DNA of 64,000 nt from Moniliella sp. 'wahieum' (taxonomy: Eukaryota): NCBI GenBank assembly GCA_003971905.1, contig RSEE01000113.1, positions 1 through 64,000 of the forward strand, given 5' to 3'. Below the pieces are notes generated by a model. It did no database searches and was not told the origin of the DNA. It was given only the letters and a program-made list of their open reading frames with translations. Positions 1 through 12,300 of this stretch are shown in pieces. A program made the translations under genes and the position numbers. How positions within the stretch are numbered: the first letter of the stretch is position 1; each line of letters opens with the position of its first letter.

Positions 1-15
1 TAACCCTAACCCTAA
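1..15 (+). repeat. Telomeric repeat (TAACCC)n, left chromosome end
   Basis: Window starts taaccctaaccctaa, the C-rich strand of TTAGGG, oriented as expected for a left telomere. Only 2.5 units are present. Confidence 0.85.
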
Positions 16-20
16 GGATG

Positions 21-370
21 AGGAGCAGGCTTGGTGGTAAGCGCAGGCTTGGGGATGATGAGCACAAGGTTGATGGCGAGCACAAGCTTGGTGCCGAGCA
101 CAGGCTTGGCGATGGGGAGCACAAGCTTGACGATGGGAGCACAGGCTTGGTGGCGACGACGGCTTGGGGATGGGGTGCACCGGCTTGGTGGCGGGTACAA
201 GCTTGGGGATGCGGAGTGCAGGCTTGGAAGCGGTGGCACATGCTTGCTGAGGCCGGGCACAAGGATAAAGACGATGGGCACAAGCACATGGCAAGCGCAG
301 GCTGCGAGGCGGTGGCCGCGGGCTTGAACATGGCCGGCACAAGCTGGACGTGGCCGGCGCAAGCTTGGAG
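21..370. repeat. Subtelomeric degenerate minisatellite, 18-21 bp unit
   Basis: Recurrent core GCAC(A/C)(A/G)GCTTG(G/A), e.g. gagcacaagcttggtgcc / gagcacaggcttggcgatggg / gagcacaagcttgacgatgg. It decays towards ~370. Confidence 0.8.
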
Positions 371-1641
371 ATGCCTGGCACAAGGTGCAAACAAGAGGGG
401 CCGTCGGGGGAGCGCAAGAGTGGACGCAACAGACAGACAGAGCACGACGTTGTACTTGCACATGGCCTACTCGAGCTTGAGCATGGCCCCGACGAGCGTT
501 GGATGGGGACAATGACAGGGAGAGCGGATGGATGAGAGGCAGTACGCTGGTGCAAGAGGGGTCAGAATGAGGCAGGGTGAGATGGGAATGAATGGGGTGG
601 GATGGGATGGGATGCGTACCGATGCGCTGAACGACGTTGCACATGGCCAAGACGGCGTTCGGGATGAGCATCCCGAGCAGGGTGACAGCAGGGGCAGCCA
701 AGCGAGTGCACATGGGCCGGCAGAGCGTCGGAGGGGATGGCATGGCAAGCTGCACGGGCTGCTGGGACGTGGGCGAGGCAGGTGCCAGAGAGCCGACCAG
801 CTCGGCAATACAATGAAGAATCGCAGGTGTCTCGCTGCGGGAAGCACCAGAGGGCAGGCTGGGCAGGCACCAGGGCAGGCCAGCTCGGCTATACAATGGC
901 CAACTAAGTAGGGGTATATGTCGCTGCCGCGCGATGGTTGCAGCAAAAGCTGATGCGACAATCAAGACGAGCACTAGGGGCACACCCACGATATCACCCT
1001 CTCTCGCTCGTCCAGCACCCAATTCGAGAGAGAGAGACGAGAGAGAGAGAGACTGTTGGTATGGTGGGAAAGTGCGTTGCGGTATTCGCGCCTGGGCCCA
1101 AGGAGGACGGTCTATGTGCCCGTTATGACCGATCGGATCCAGCGCCGCCTGGGGTATCGGCTGGATCCACTGCCGTCTGGTAAAGATGAACAGGACTGAG
1201 CATCAATGTACAGGCGTCGCTCTCGCTGTGGCACGACGCCGATGCATAACGTGCACGGCGAGTGCTCAGAAAACGACTACGGATGCTGTACCCGCCGGGG
1301 TTGGCTAATAGACCTGCTGGTCCGACGGGAGACTTTCGCTGCCGACAAGAGTGACAAGTGACCGGTGCCCGACGACTGTGCAAGTGATGGCGCGTGGTGT
1401 GGGGCAAGTCGAAACCCGGAAATGGTCTACAGGCTGCGACGCTGGACTGTGTTCCTGCCTACCATCCGTCCATGCCAAGGGACCGGGGCAGGGACAGGGA
1501 CAGAGGTTACAGGGGCAGGAGCAGGGACGTGACCCTGGGTTTAGCTGCTACTACTGCGCACGCCACGCCCACAAATCCACTTGCCCGCCCCGCCGAACCA
1601 CGACGCGCAACAAACCAGCAAAAGCAGAGTGTAATGATGAA

Positions 1642-2433
1642 TTACACAATCCTCCTCGGACTACTCGGTTCTTGCTTTGGCACGCGCTCCATTACGCTGT
1701 TCACTTCCGTTTCTGTAGGCGGAGGGGGAAGTTAGCCAAGGCAGCTGAGAAGCACGCGTCCCCTTTACCCCACGCTACCCCCGCGACCGCCCAGGTACAA
1801 AGCAGGGGGGAGAAAGAGAAACAAGGACCGAAGCAAAGTGGGGGAAAAGTAGTACGCACCAACACGCGCGAGACGACTAGAGGCGGCATCCAAGTCCTCG
1901 CGGAGACCTTGGTAGAGCAAGTCCAGTGCGTCCTTGCGTTCCTGTGCTGAGAGCGGGGGACCGACACGCCCTTGAGCGCAGCCAACTCCGTCTCGAGCCG
2001 ATGGACTTTGTCCAGGTGGTGGGTCAAGGTGGCGGTGTTGTGCTCGAGCTGGGCAGCAGTGGTAGCTACGCGATCGGCTGCGCGCTGTTGGCCTTGCAGC
2101 ACCCACGCTGCCCCAGTCACACTCACCACACTGAACCCGATCAGAAAACCATTGAGCGTGCCGCGAAAGCCGCCCTGGGTACGGAGGCGGGGGGGAGGGG
2201 GTACATGGTGAGGTTAGGGGGTGCCAGAGCAGAGCAGAGCAGAGCAGAGGAAACGAGACCGGGAGGGAGGGAGGGACGTACGACGGGGGTTTCTGTGGCT
2301 GGACGCGCGGTGGACGTGGCGGCTGTGCTGGCGCGGGCGCGGGCGGAGGGCAGGGGCGCGCGCAGCAACGCGCGAGGGCGGTGGTGGTGGTGGTGGCGGT
2401 GGGGCGGGTGGGCAGGCGCCGAGGGCTGAGCAT
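1642..2433 (-). CDS. Small conserved fungal protein: probable mitochondrial presequence, single TM, coiled coil (YALI0E11605p-like family)
   Basis: Arg/Ala/Thr-rich N-terminus. Introns ~2177-2279 (GTACGT..CTAAC..CAG) and 1713-1859 (GTGCGT..GCTAAC..TACAG). Spliced protein GGFRGTLNGFLIGFSVVSVTGAAWVLQ...LEHNTATLTHHLDKVHRLETELAALKG...LDLLYQGLREDL...ETEVNSVMERVPK* resembles the fungal 'GAFRGGIFGFLLG' family (from recall). Indel near 1955. Confidence 0.65.
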
Positions 2434-2828
2434 GCAGAGATGGGGGTGGTGAGGTGGTGAGGTGGTGCGCAGAGTGAGTATGAATGCGGATGGGTCGGCG
2501 CTTAGCTCAGCACTGGGAATGGGGATCTTGGATTGGATGTGGGGGGAGCGCGTGGATCACGTGACGCAGATGGCGCACGTGGCGGGCGGCTGCGCGCCCA
2601 AACACGCCGATCCATCACATCTCAATCCCACAGGCCATCCCCTCTCGCAGCCGATCGGCACGCACACTGCCGTCGTGCCACCGCCCTTGGGTTGTGCGCT
2701 GCTGGTTGTCCTGCTGTCTGTCCCATCGACAGCCCACGGCACGCCGCTGCCTCCGCCTCTGCCGCACGCGCACCTCGCACTCTCCCTCTCCCCCTCGCCC
2801 TCCCACTCCCCCCACTGCCCCGGTTACG

Positions 2829-4210
2829 ATGCCCATCCCACGCGACGAGAACGCGCCGCTGCCTTCGGCCCACACCTTGTCCTGCCCTGCGCCAAGTCTG
2901 CCTCCGCCTCCGGCTCGGCTGCTGGCCCGCCGTGTCCCCCCAACGCGCCAGCCTGCTGTCCGACGCGCCGCTGCGTCCCCTCCGCCTGTCCTCGCGCCCA
3001 GGCAGCCTCCTCTTCCATCTGACGAAGGATACGCCTACGGTGTTGGTCTTGGCCATGGTCATCGTCACGCGTTGGGCTTTGCCAGTCCTTCCCCTGCCTG
3101 CGTTCGCTTTCCGCCCGCCAACGCGACAGTGGCACAAGACAGTCCAACCCCACCTCCAACCAAAACCCAATTCCAATTCCAAAAGCATCAGCCTCACGCG
3201 CCGCTCGCGCCCCGGCAAGGAGAACATCGATCCGCGCCTGCACCCCTCGGTGGACACTCAAAGTGGGAGACTACGTGGAGGCAGTTGGCAGTCCTCTCGA
3301 CCTGGTCTGCGCACTTCGTATCGTACCCGATCTTCCCCACTCGGCAACTCGAGTAGCTGGGGCGTCTCGGCCCGCTCGTCGCCTGTCGCGTCGCCACTGC
3401 CACTGTCGTTGTCGCTCTCGCTCGCGCCTGCTTTGCTTCCTTCCTCCTCCTCCTCCTCCTCGTCATCCACTGTAGCAGTAAGGTCAAGCGCGAGAGCAAG
3501 ACCCAGCGCGAGCGCATCGAGCCAAGCCTGAACGCGGAAACGCGTCTGCGTCGACGCGTCAACCTAGCCTCGGGGCTCACTGTGTGCCTTGGCTTAGGTC
3601 TTACTTCTGCCCTTGTTCTTGCGATTGCCTCCTGATTGTCCTGCTCCCTGCGCTTTGTTCTTCTCCCGTCCTCCTCGTCCTTCTTCACCTCCTCCTTCTG
3701 CTTCTACTTCTCATCCGTTCCATGACATATGTACTCATTCTTTCGCCCTGCCCCGCACGCCTATGCCACACTGCGATGCCCATACCCCCCCCCGCTCCCT
3801 AGGCCATCGCGCGCGTAACCCCAGGTCGGCAGGTGGGTTGAGCGTGGACGACGTGGACGTGGGCAGTGTCACATGTCGCATGTCACGGTGGGCAGGAACC
3901 GCTCCAGGCCATTTCGTTCGTTTGTTCGTTCGTTCGTTCGTTCGTTCTTTCGTTGCATTCATGCCGTTTTGTCTGTCCCGAGGGAGCATCCCTCTGTCGC
4001 TAGTGATCCGACGCACGTGGGAAGCAGACGCAGACGCAGACGCAGACAGAGCCGGTTTTGCTTGGCAGTACACTAGTACGCTGTGGTGAGCCAGAGTCAG
4101 CCGCACTAATTACTAACCCACGTCTAACCACCTTACAGGCACCGCTTGCACTTAGCCGTCAGGCTTACCATTTGGGTCGGGTAGAGACAGAAAGATCACG
4201 TGTGTGCTGA
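2829..4210 (+). CDS. Hypothetical disordered protein with KEN-box-like motifs
   Basis: ATG at 2829 (MPIPRDENAPLP). Across frameshifts the reading includes GKENIDP and Ser-rich tracts. A canonical TACTAAC..CTAAC..TACAG acceptor at 4111-4138 suggests a terminal exon. Exon structure uncertain. Confidence 0.35.
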
Positions 4211-4426
4211 GGTAAGCAGCGGCCAAGCACGTGTGGCTGTACATGTACCTGCGCCTGAGTCTGCGCCGCGTGGCAGCGCCCCCGGCCGGTGGCGGACGAG
4301 GCACGCTGGATGTGCCCACCACACCACCACACCACCACCTTAACCACCACCATCTCCACACTCGCGTGAGTGCTGGCCTACGACCCCCGCCTCACCCTCA
4401 CCTGCACCATCCGCATCAGCTTCAGC

Positions 4427-7400
4427 ATGCCCGTGTCTGACGCTGCTGTTGACGCTGGTGCTGCCGCAGCTGCCGCCGCTGGTGCTGACGCCGGTGCCGA
4501 TGCACGCGAGGCGCTGCGTGCGCAGATTCTCGATTACGAGCAGCAAGCGGCTGGGCTGAACGCCAAGTTAGTGAGCAGCATTGAGCACGTGGCGGAAGTG
4601 GAAGATGACCTTGCAGAAGCGCGAGGGAAGCTGCGGTACCATCGTGAGCAGATCCAAACGCTGGAAGAGGAGAAAGCGGAGCACCTATCTGCGCTCAACA
4701 CGGGAGTGTTGGTGGAGAAGCAACTTGTCAGCAGCGAGATGCAAAAAACTTATGGAACGCGTATTGGAAGAAAGTCGACAACGTGGCAAAGCCGAAAGTG
4801 ATCGCAACAAGATTGAAGCTGAATTGGACGAGTTGAGCTCCAAGTTGTTCTCGGATGCGAATCGTATGGTCGCTACTGAACGCTTGGCGCGCGCCCAGGC
4901 GGAAACTAAGTCCGAACAACTGGAACAGTCGTTGAAAAACACTCAGGCTATCATGGCTGAACAACAAACTGTCCTTGCTGCTCTACAGCAACAGATTGAC
5001 CTGTTGAAACAACAAACGCTCCCCCTCGACGGCCCCGACAGCCGCGACTCGCTCGATCCAGATCCCGTGGACGAGGCGGAGATGGTCCCTGCGCCCACCT
5101 CCCCGGCCACTCCGAGCCATCTACCACCCACGCGGAACCTGCGGTCCTGGCGGCGGCAGGAACAACAGCAGCATCGACAGAGGTCGTAGTGGACGCGCCT
5201 GCACCAAGAGAGGATACGGCATCGACGTGTCTTCCGCCTGCGCTGCTGTACCGGCAAGTGCGTTTGGACATTGAAGCGTACCGAGAATTTTGTGCGTTTC
5301 TTGCGTTCCTACGGAGGCAACGGTTACTTCTCAAGCCGTTTTATGATTACCACTTGCAGCATGGTAGCAGTACGCTTTCGCCTTCGGCTTCGGCTTCGCT
5401 TTCGGCTCGGCCTGTAGGGACCACTGCCGCAGTGAGCGAAGTAAGTTTCGGCCGGGCAGGTATGACGGGGATCGCACCTTCGGGCCACGTTAATCCGTTC
5501 CTTGCAGCAGGCGTAGGACGGCACAAAGACTTTCCTGCGTTACCTGCGAACGCCGAGACGTTGGTGATGGTGAGCAACCAACTGTCCCAGCCGTTCCTCA
5601 AACGTATAGAGGAAGAAGACACAGGTCCGTGTTTGCGACTGGACTTGGCGCCTGGGCTGGGATGGCTGAACCGTCGTACGGCCCACACAGCCATACTCGA
5701 TGGCACATTGGTCTTCCAGTCGATTTGGCCTAAGGATGCACACCTTGACCCAACTCACATTCGCGCCAAGACAGCTCACTTGCCCCCTGCTGAATGCGCT
5801 ATGTGCGGTATGCACCTCGTTAATATCCCTCTGGGCGGACTGGACCCTCACCCTCCCCCAGCGCAGTTGCCTTCTTCTTCTTCTTCTCTCCCTTCCTCTG
5901 CTTCTGCGTCTGCTTCGGCGTCTGCTTCGGCTTCGATTTCGATTTCGACTTCGGCGTCGGTTTCCTCAACGCTCACTTCTCCGCCCGGGCGCGAGCGAGA
6001 ACGTAAAACGAGCACCAGCTGGGCCCCATCCTGGACCGGCTCAGCAGCCAGCTTACTCTCATCTAAGACGCTACGCATTCCCCACCCTGTACATGCCACG
6101 CCTACGCCTCTGCCCCCCGACCCCGCTGAACCTGAACCCAGTATCGAGCCCAATACCGAGCCCAATGCAAATGCGAATACGAATGGGGATGGGGATGCGA
6201 ATGGGGATGATTCTGCTTGTCTTCCCCCCTTGACTGGCGATGGCACGCACACTACCACGGAGTGTCCTCCCACCGCCGCCTCGGGCTCGGGATCGGGCTC
6301 GGGCTCGGGTTCGGTCCCTGCGCCAGTTTCTGGTTCGGGTTCGCAGTTGGTTCCTGGTCCGGCAGGCGAGACGACTAGTGGAACGCTTTCTGCCTCTGCA
6401 TCTGTGGGTCCTGCCAAGTCCGGTTCCGAGGCGCAAGCTGGCCCGGATGCCGCAGGTGCAACGCCCACCACGGCACCGACTCCGGCTTCGAGTACGACTA
6501 CGACTCCGACTACGACTTCAGCTCCAGCGGCGACTTCGGCTCCGGCTCCAGCTGCGACCCCGGCACCGACACCGACACCGACAGTTGCGACGGCGACGGC
6601 GACGCCACGCAGTCGGAAGATCTTTAGTACGCTGCGACTTGGCAATTCGAGTCCGACGCCCGATCGGGTGGAAAAGCAGACGCCTTCTTCGGCTGGGTTC
6701 CTGGCCAGTCGTTTGGGCGCGTTCAATTCCCCCACCTTGCCAGGCGACGATAAGGAAAACCAAAAGGAAAAGGAAACGGTACGTGGCTCATGTTCTTTGT
6801 GCGTGGTGGGTTCTTGGTGGGGCGTAGAGTGGACATGGTGTGCATCGATCGGCCCACCAAAGGAGGGAGGTGGTACGTGGATGTTGAAACTGACTTGGGG
6901 ACTTGGTTTTGATGTGGTGTGTGTTGATGTCTCTGTGCGTGTGCGGATATTGGCGTTGGGTTCGGGTTGATGTTGATGTTGATGCCGGTTGGGTTCGGTG
7001 GATTTGGATTTGGATACCGTGGGGGGACAGACGACCAATTCTTCGTACGCCTTTGCACCGCCCATACCTACGCACATTTTCCGTCTATCGGAAGAATCTA
7101 CGACGCGCTACCTACTCTGTCCGCACCACGGCGCACGCTTACATGCCGTATGCAGTTTCTGGGCCTTTGTTCGTCACGTCGAACGTGCTATCGTACTTGA
7201 AGGTCAAGAACCTTGGCATTCGCGCTCCACCACAACTACCCCCGCTGCTCCGGCTCTCACTGCCTCACCGTCTCCGTCCCTTTCACATTCCCCTACGCAG
7301 TCACAGTCACATCCACCTTCACCTTCGCCTGCGCATTTACCTTCTTCGGCTGACCTTCCCCGCTGCCCCAGCACCTGCCCCAGCACCTGCACCTACGGGG

Positions 7401-8131
7401 GGAAACGACGAGCGACACGCCTGTCCCTCCCGTGCTACCGCACGCCCAGCGGGGACCAACTCCGACGCTACCCCGACGCTACCTCCGAACCTACGTCTGG
7501 AAGCACCCCTGATCCTACCTCGGACCCTACAGCCGAAAGCACTCCGGTTGGTGCTGCGACTACTCAGGATGCGTCGGGCAGTGCGGCTGAGCTTGGTGCT
7601 GCGACTGCGACGACGAACGCGAAAGAAACTGCGACAGATACAGAGACAGAGACAGAGAAGGCGACCACGACGACGGTACCGCCCCACTTACCCCCTCGTC
7701 GACCTACACGGCGTCACCCCGTCCAGTCCGACGGCTCGCCCGGTCCGTCCGATCCATCGTCCGATCCATCGTCCGATCCATCGTCCGATCCGTCGTCGTC
7801 CGAGCCACCGTCGTCCGAGCCTCCGTCGTCCGATGTCTTGGGTACCACGACGGTCAGCCCGGAGCAACCGCTACCCACGTCCGTGCCGACGTCCGTGCCG
7901 GCGCCATCGACTGTGGCGGTCGCATCGACGGTAGCGGTCGCATCTGTGGAGCCTGCTGGGCACATGGACCGAACGATTGTCGTTTCGGGTGGCGAGGGCG
8001 GGTGGGAAGAACGGTTGTGGCAACAAGTGGTGCAGCATAAAGCGCAAATGAGTTTGTGTCGGTTAGGTGTGGGGGTGTATCCTAACATTGCCCTCTCGCC
8101 TACGCATGGTCGCGGGACAGGTCCGTTGTAA
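4427..8131 (+). CDS. SEC2: Rab guanine nucleotide exchange factor Sec2
   Basis: N-terminal coiled coil with the Sec2 signature IEAELDELSSKLFSDANRMVATERLAR. Later LSQPFLKRIEEEDTGPCLRLDLAPGLGWLNRR, CAMCG and HIFRL..RYLLC..RLHAVCSFWAFVR. Intron 6779-7030 (GTACGT..CAG, phase 0). Indels at ~4745 and ~5130. Confidence 0.88.
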
Positions 8132-8291
8132 TTGCCGGTTACCCGGTTACGTTCCCCCAACATGGGCATGGGTACGTACGTGTGTACGTGCGTACGTGCG
8201 GAAGGTCGAGTACAAGGGGAAGGTCAAGTACAAGGGTTAAGGATAAGTGTAAGGGTAACCCAAGGAAGTGGCCAACTTAACGTCCCACGTC

Positions 8292-8365
8292 CTATGTCCC
8301 ATGTCCCATGTCCCATGTCCATGTCCCATGTCCCATGTCCCATGTCCCATGTCCCATGTCCCACG
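8292..8365. repeat. (CATGTCC)n heptamer microsatellite
   Basis: About 10 near-perfect tandem units read directly. Confidence 0.9.
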
Positions 8366-9382
8366 TCCTAAGGTCCGAGTCCCAAGGAGCGAGTCCCACG
8401 GACCAATACAGTACAAGGTACATGGTGCAAGTCAGAGTGTGCCTGCCACGCAAGGTCCTGCCCTGCCTGCCCTGCCCGTTGCGCCCATGGAGGCAGACAG
8501 GAAGAATGGGACTGAATCGGTTTGGATCCATTTGGTTTTGGCGTGGATGGTGGGACAGACGGGTGAGGCATCAGGCATGATGGTTTCCGACTTGGAAAAA
8601 GCAACGACGAGGCGCACCATCGTGTAAGGTCAGCTTAGAACCCTGCGTGCTGTCGAGTGGCAGCGTGGAGAGGCAGACAGGGGGTGAGGGGGGAAAGGCG
8701 TCTGACCACTGACCACTGACAATACCGGTAGTCGGTAGCTGGATCCACGACTATGCACCCCCGGCTTCGTGGCTCCGTCACCGCTACCCCCCTCTCCGGC
8801 CAGGACGGGATAGACGGCCAAGTGACAGGGCAGGATGCGCGACTGACGGCGCGTCAGAAGCTGGATTTCGTACTGGGCTGGGAGGATGCCGGAAGCAAGA
8901 TGCAAGATGCAAGATGCAGCTGATGGGGCACAGGTGCAGCTGCGACCACAGTCAGTGGACTGAGGGTACATGATTGGTCGTCGTCAGTACATTCGACTGT
9001 GCTTTGGATCTGGTTGCGGTTAGTACGGTTGCGGTTACGGTTGCTGTCGGAGGGGTAGGTGGTACGAATGCACATTCTCCTCCCACCGCGCTACGCACCT
9101 TCCGCTCCATTCCTGTGCATTGTCTAGGGCCTATGTGCTCTGTACGGGTTCTTGTTGGTTGCCGTGGACGAGTAAGGAGCAAACAACGGTAGTAGCATAC
9201 AATTTGGCCTTTGCAGGCGACCTTGTGACGGTGACTAGTAACTGGTGACTGTGGAGTAGCAGCAGCATAATACCACCCAATAACAAACACAAAACACAAC
9301 ACAACACAGCATAACACATTGAACCCATGTCTCCCCCCCCCCTGACCTTTTGCTTGGCCATAACGCACACAAGCGTCTCTCC

Positions 9383-12300
9383 TCACCCCCATCTCCACCT
9401 CCACCTCCACCTCCGTCTCCACCCAGCTCCAGCTCCTTCCCCAGGTAAGTCCGTACGGACCTGCCCATCCCCAGGCGCACCGTGGGAAGCGTCCAGAGGT
9501 GGAGCAGACTGCTCCCCCGCGCCCGGCATAGGAGCAGGAGGCGTAGGCGCCGTGGGCGTAGCGTTCGTGCCCAAATCCATCGACAAAGGTAATCCCAAAG
9601 GCATACCAAGCGACACGCCTTCAGGCAAGTACCCCGCGCTCGACCCGGCAGGCATAGAGCCGACGCCCAAGTCCATGTGCGATAGACTAAGTGGGTGGGC
9701 GTGTGGTGAGGACTGAGTAAAGGTAACCCCAAGGGCGTACCGGGACCGTGCGACCCCGAAACAGAACCAGAAGCAGAACCAGGACCAGCACCAGGACCAG
9801 GAGCGGGAGCAGGGCCAGGGGGTCCCGTTGCCGGTGCCCCAGTGACGGCATTTGTACTCGTCGGAGCTGCGACAGAAGCAGAGCTAGGGGTGGAACAAGT
9901 CGTGCCTGTGCCTGTGCCAGTCCCCGTGCCCGTGCCCGACGCAGGCGCAGCAGCCGGTGTAGACGGTACCACACCGCCAACCGAACCTGCCGTGGGAGTG
10001 CAATTCGAGGTCGAAGGTGGACCAGAGGCTACAGCCGCCGCGCGCGGTGGCAGTTCCACCTCGGCACCGGCCACTGACCCAGTTGGTCCCGCAGGAGCCG
10101 TCAAGGGTGGAGGGGCAGGACGACCCAGGGACAAGGACAAGCCATTGTCAGGCACGGAAGCTTGTGTGGGGTGGTTTGAACGTGAAGGTTCCAATGCCGA
10201 ACCTACGTTTACGTTTACGTTCCGACCTGGCGGTAAAGACAACGAAAGTGAGTTGGCATGCGTTTGTTGCCGCATCTCAATCGCCATGCGCATACGGAAG
10301 GCATGCGCATTCGCTTCGGCCTGAGCTTGCGCTTGAGCTTGCGCTTGAGCTTGAGCTTGCGCTTGAGCTTGAGCTGAGCATGAGCTTGAGCTTGAGCGTA
10401 GGCTTGAGCTTGAGCTTGAGCGTGAGCGTGAGCTTGTGCTTGGAGTTGGGCTTGGGCTTGGGCTTGGGCTTGGGCTTGAGCTTGAGCCTGGGCTTGGGCT
10501 TGAGCCTGGGCTTGGGCTTGGGTAAGGATCCCGGCGCCCCCCATGCCGAGGCAGGAGGAGCAAGAGAAGGAGCAAGAGAAGGAGGGAGAGAAGTAATCGG
10601 GAGAGAGAAGGAGGAGGGAGAGAAACGACGACTCCGGGCCCAGTCGAGTGGACATGAGGCATGCCCGGTCGCGTGGGCGTGGGTGCTGAGGCACCCGGGC
10701 CAGCCGGGACCAAAGATGTACCGGGCGCCGAGGACAACGAAGCGAAACTTACATCGTGCGAATGTGAATGCGAATGTGAATGCGAATGTGAATGGTGTGA
10801 AGGATGGGAAGAATGCGTATGCGAGTGCGAGTGCGAATGCGAATGCGAATGCGAAGGCGAATGGGAGTGCGAGTGGGGGTGCGAATGCGAATGGGAATGG
10901 GAATGAGAATGTTGCGAATGAGAAGGAGGGAAGAACGAGACGGGATGGGAACCTCCCGCACTTGCACTTGCACTTGCACTTGCACTTGCACTTGCACTCC
11001 CATCCTGTGCGCCACCCACGGGCCAAACAACAACTCCGACCCCGATCCCGGTCCCGGTCCGGTCCCACCCCGGCCCTGCCGCCGCCGGGCTCGGCTCGAC
11101 ACTCGTACTCGTACTTGCACTCGTACTTGCATTGGCATTGGCACTGCATTCGCATTCGCATTGGCATTGGCACTGGCATTCGCTTCTTGCATCACTGCAT
11201 CCGTATCTTCCGCCACCACGGCCCACCCATCGCGGCTCCGCGCCTGGCGCAGAGCGCATGGCCGGATCCGAACCCGAACCCGAACCCGAAGCGGGAAGGG
11301 GCAAGGTCGGTGCCGGGGCACGAATGCGGCCTCCCGTTCCGGATGAGAGAGCAATGCGACGCCCAAGGGGACTTGGCCCTGTGCGGAAGACGAGGAGGTA
11401 GCAGGGTCGATAGCTTCGACGGGCGTGACATCAAGGTAAAACGAATGGTGTGTAATTGGTGAACCTGACCATTCTGAACGTACTGCGCTACGACAGTCAC
11501 GGGTCCAGCATCGTCCGGGGAAGTAGGTGTGCCTTGTAAGGTATCTTGTACCTCGGGTTTTCCCATTCGATCCATCGTGGTAGTTGTGGGGCGGCGAAGC
11601 GTGCGCGAATCGCACTGCTAGGCACTAAGGGATCCCAGATTCGTAGTTTCCATTCCATGGGATGTGAAGGAAAGCACGTGCAGATGCACCGGCAATGCGT
11701 CGTGTGAATTCACGGAATTCCCAGCCGCCTTGTGGTCGTTTACGCGCATCAATGATCCAGTTATGGTTTCCGCGCGATTTGGCCTTACGACCGTCCTCGT
11801 TGAAACGCGCAATGAGCGGTTGCGACCATAGGTACAACTTGACTTTTTTCAAACTCACCTCAGCTTCCGTCCAGCCGATTGGTACACACGCTCTTGAAAC
11901 GCATTGGTAAACGCTGGATCCGGAACCGGAACGGTTAAAGTCTGGCGACTCGTCCAGTCGAGCCATCCGTTTGGCCATCAACAGTTGGTGCACCGGTTCG
12001 CCACGGTAGTCCTTAAAGTCCACTGTGAATGGACACAAAGGGAGGGGGCAAGGGGGGCAAGGAAATGATCAGTAAGCGTCCGACACAACACAACACAAAA
12101 TAAAACAACACGTACAATTGGAACAAATGTCGTTGAGGTACACCAACAGGACCTGATCCAGCTCGGCGCGCAGTTGAGGCGAGATGGACGCAGCAGCCAC
12201 CTCAGGCGACGGATCTGCCTCCCCACCGGTACCAGCACCACCACCGTTGGTAGCGTTGACAGCGCCACTGGGGCCGCAGCGGGACCCGGGCCAAGCCCTG

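Noticed and set aside
21..370. CRISPR-like repeat/spacer array
   Set aside because: Units are contiguous and degenerate with no unique spacers; the context is eukaryotic and there are no cas genes.
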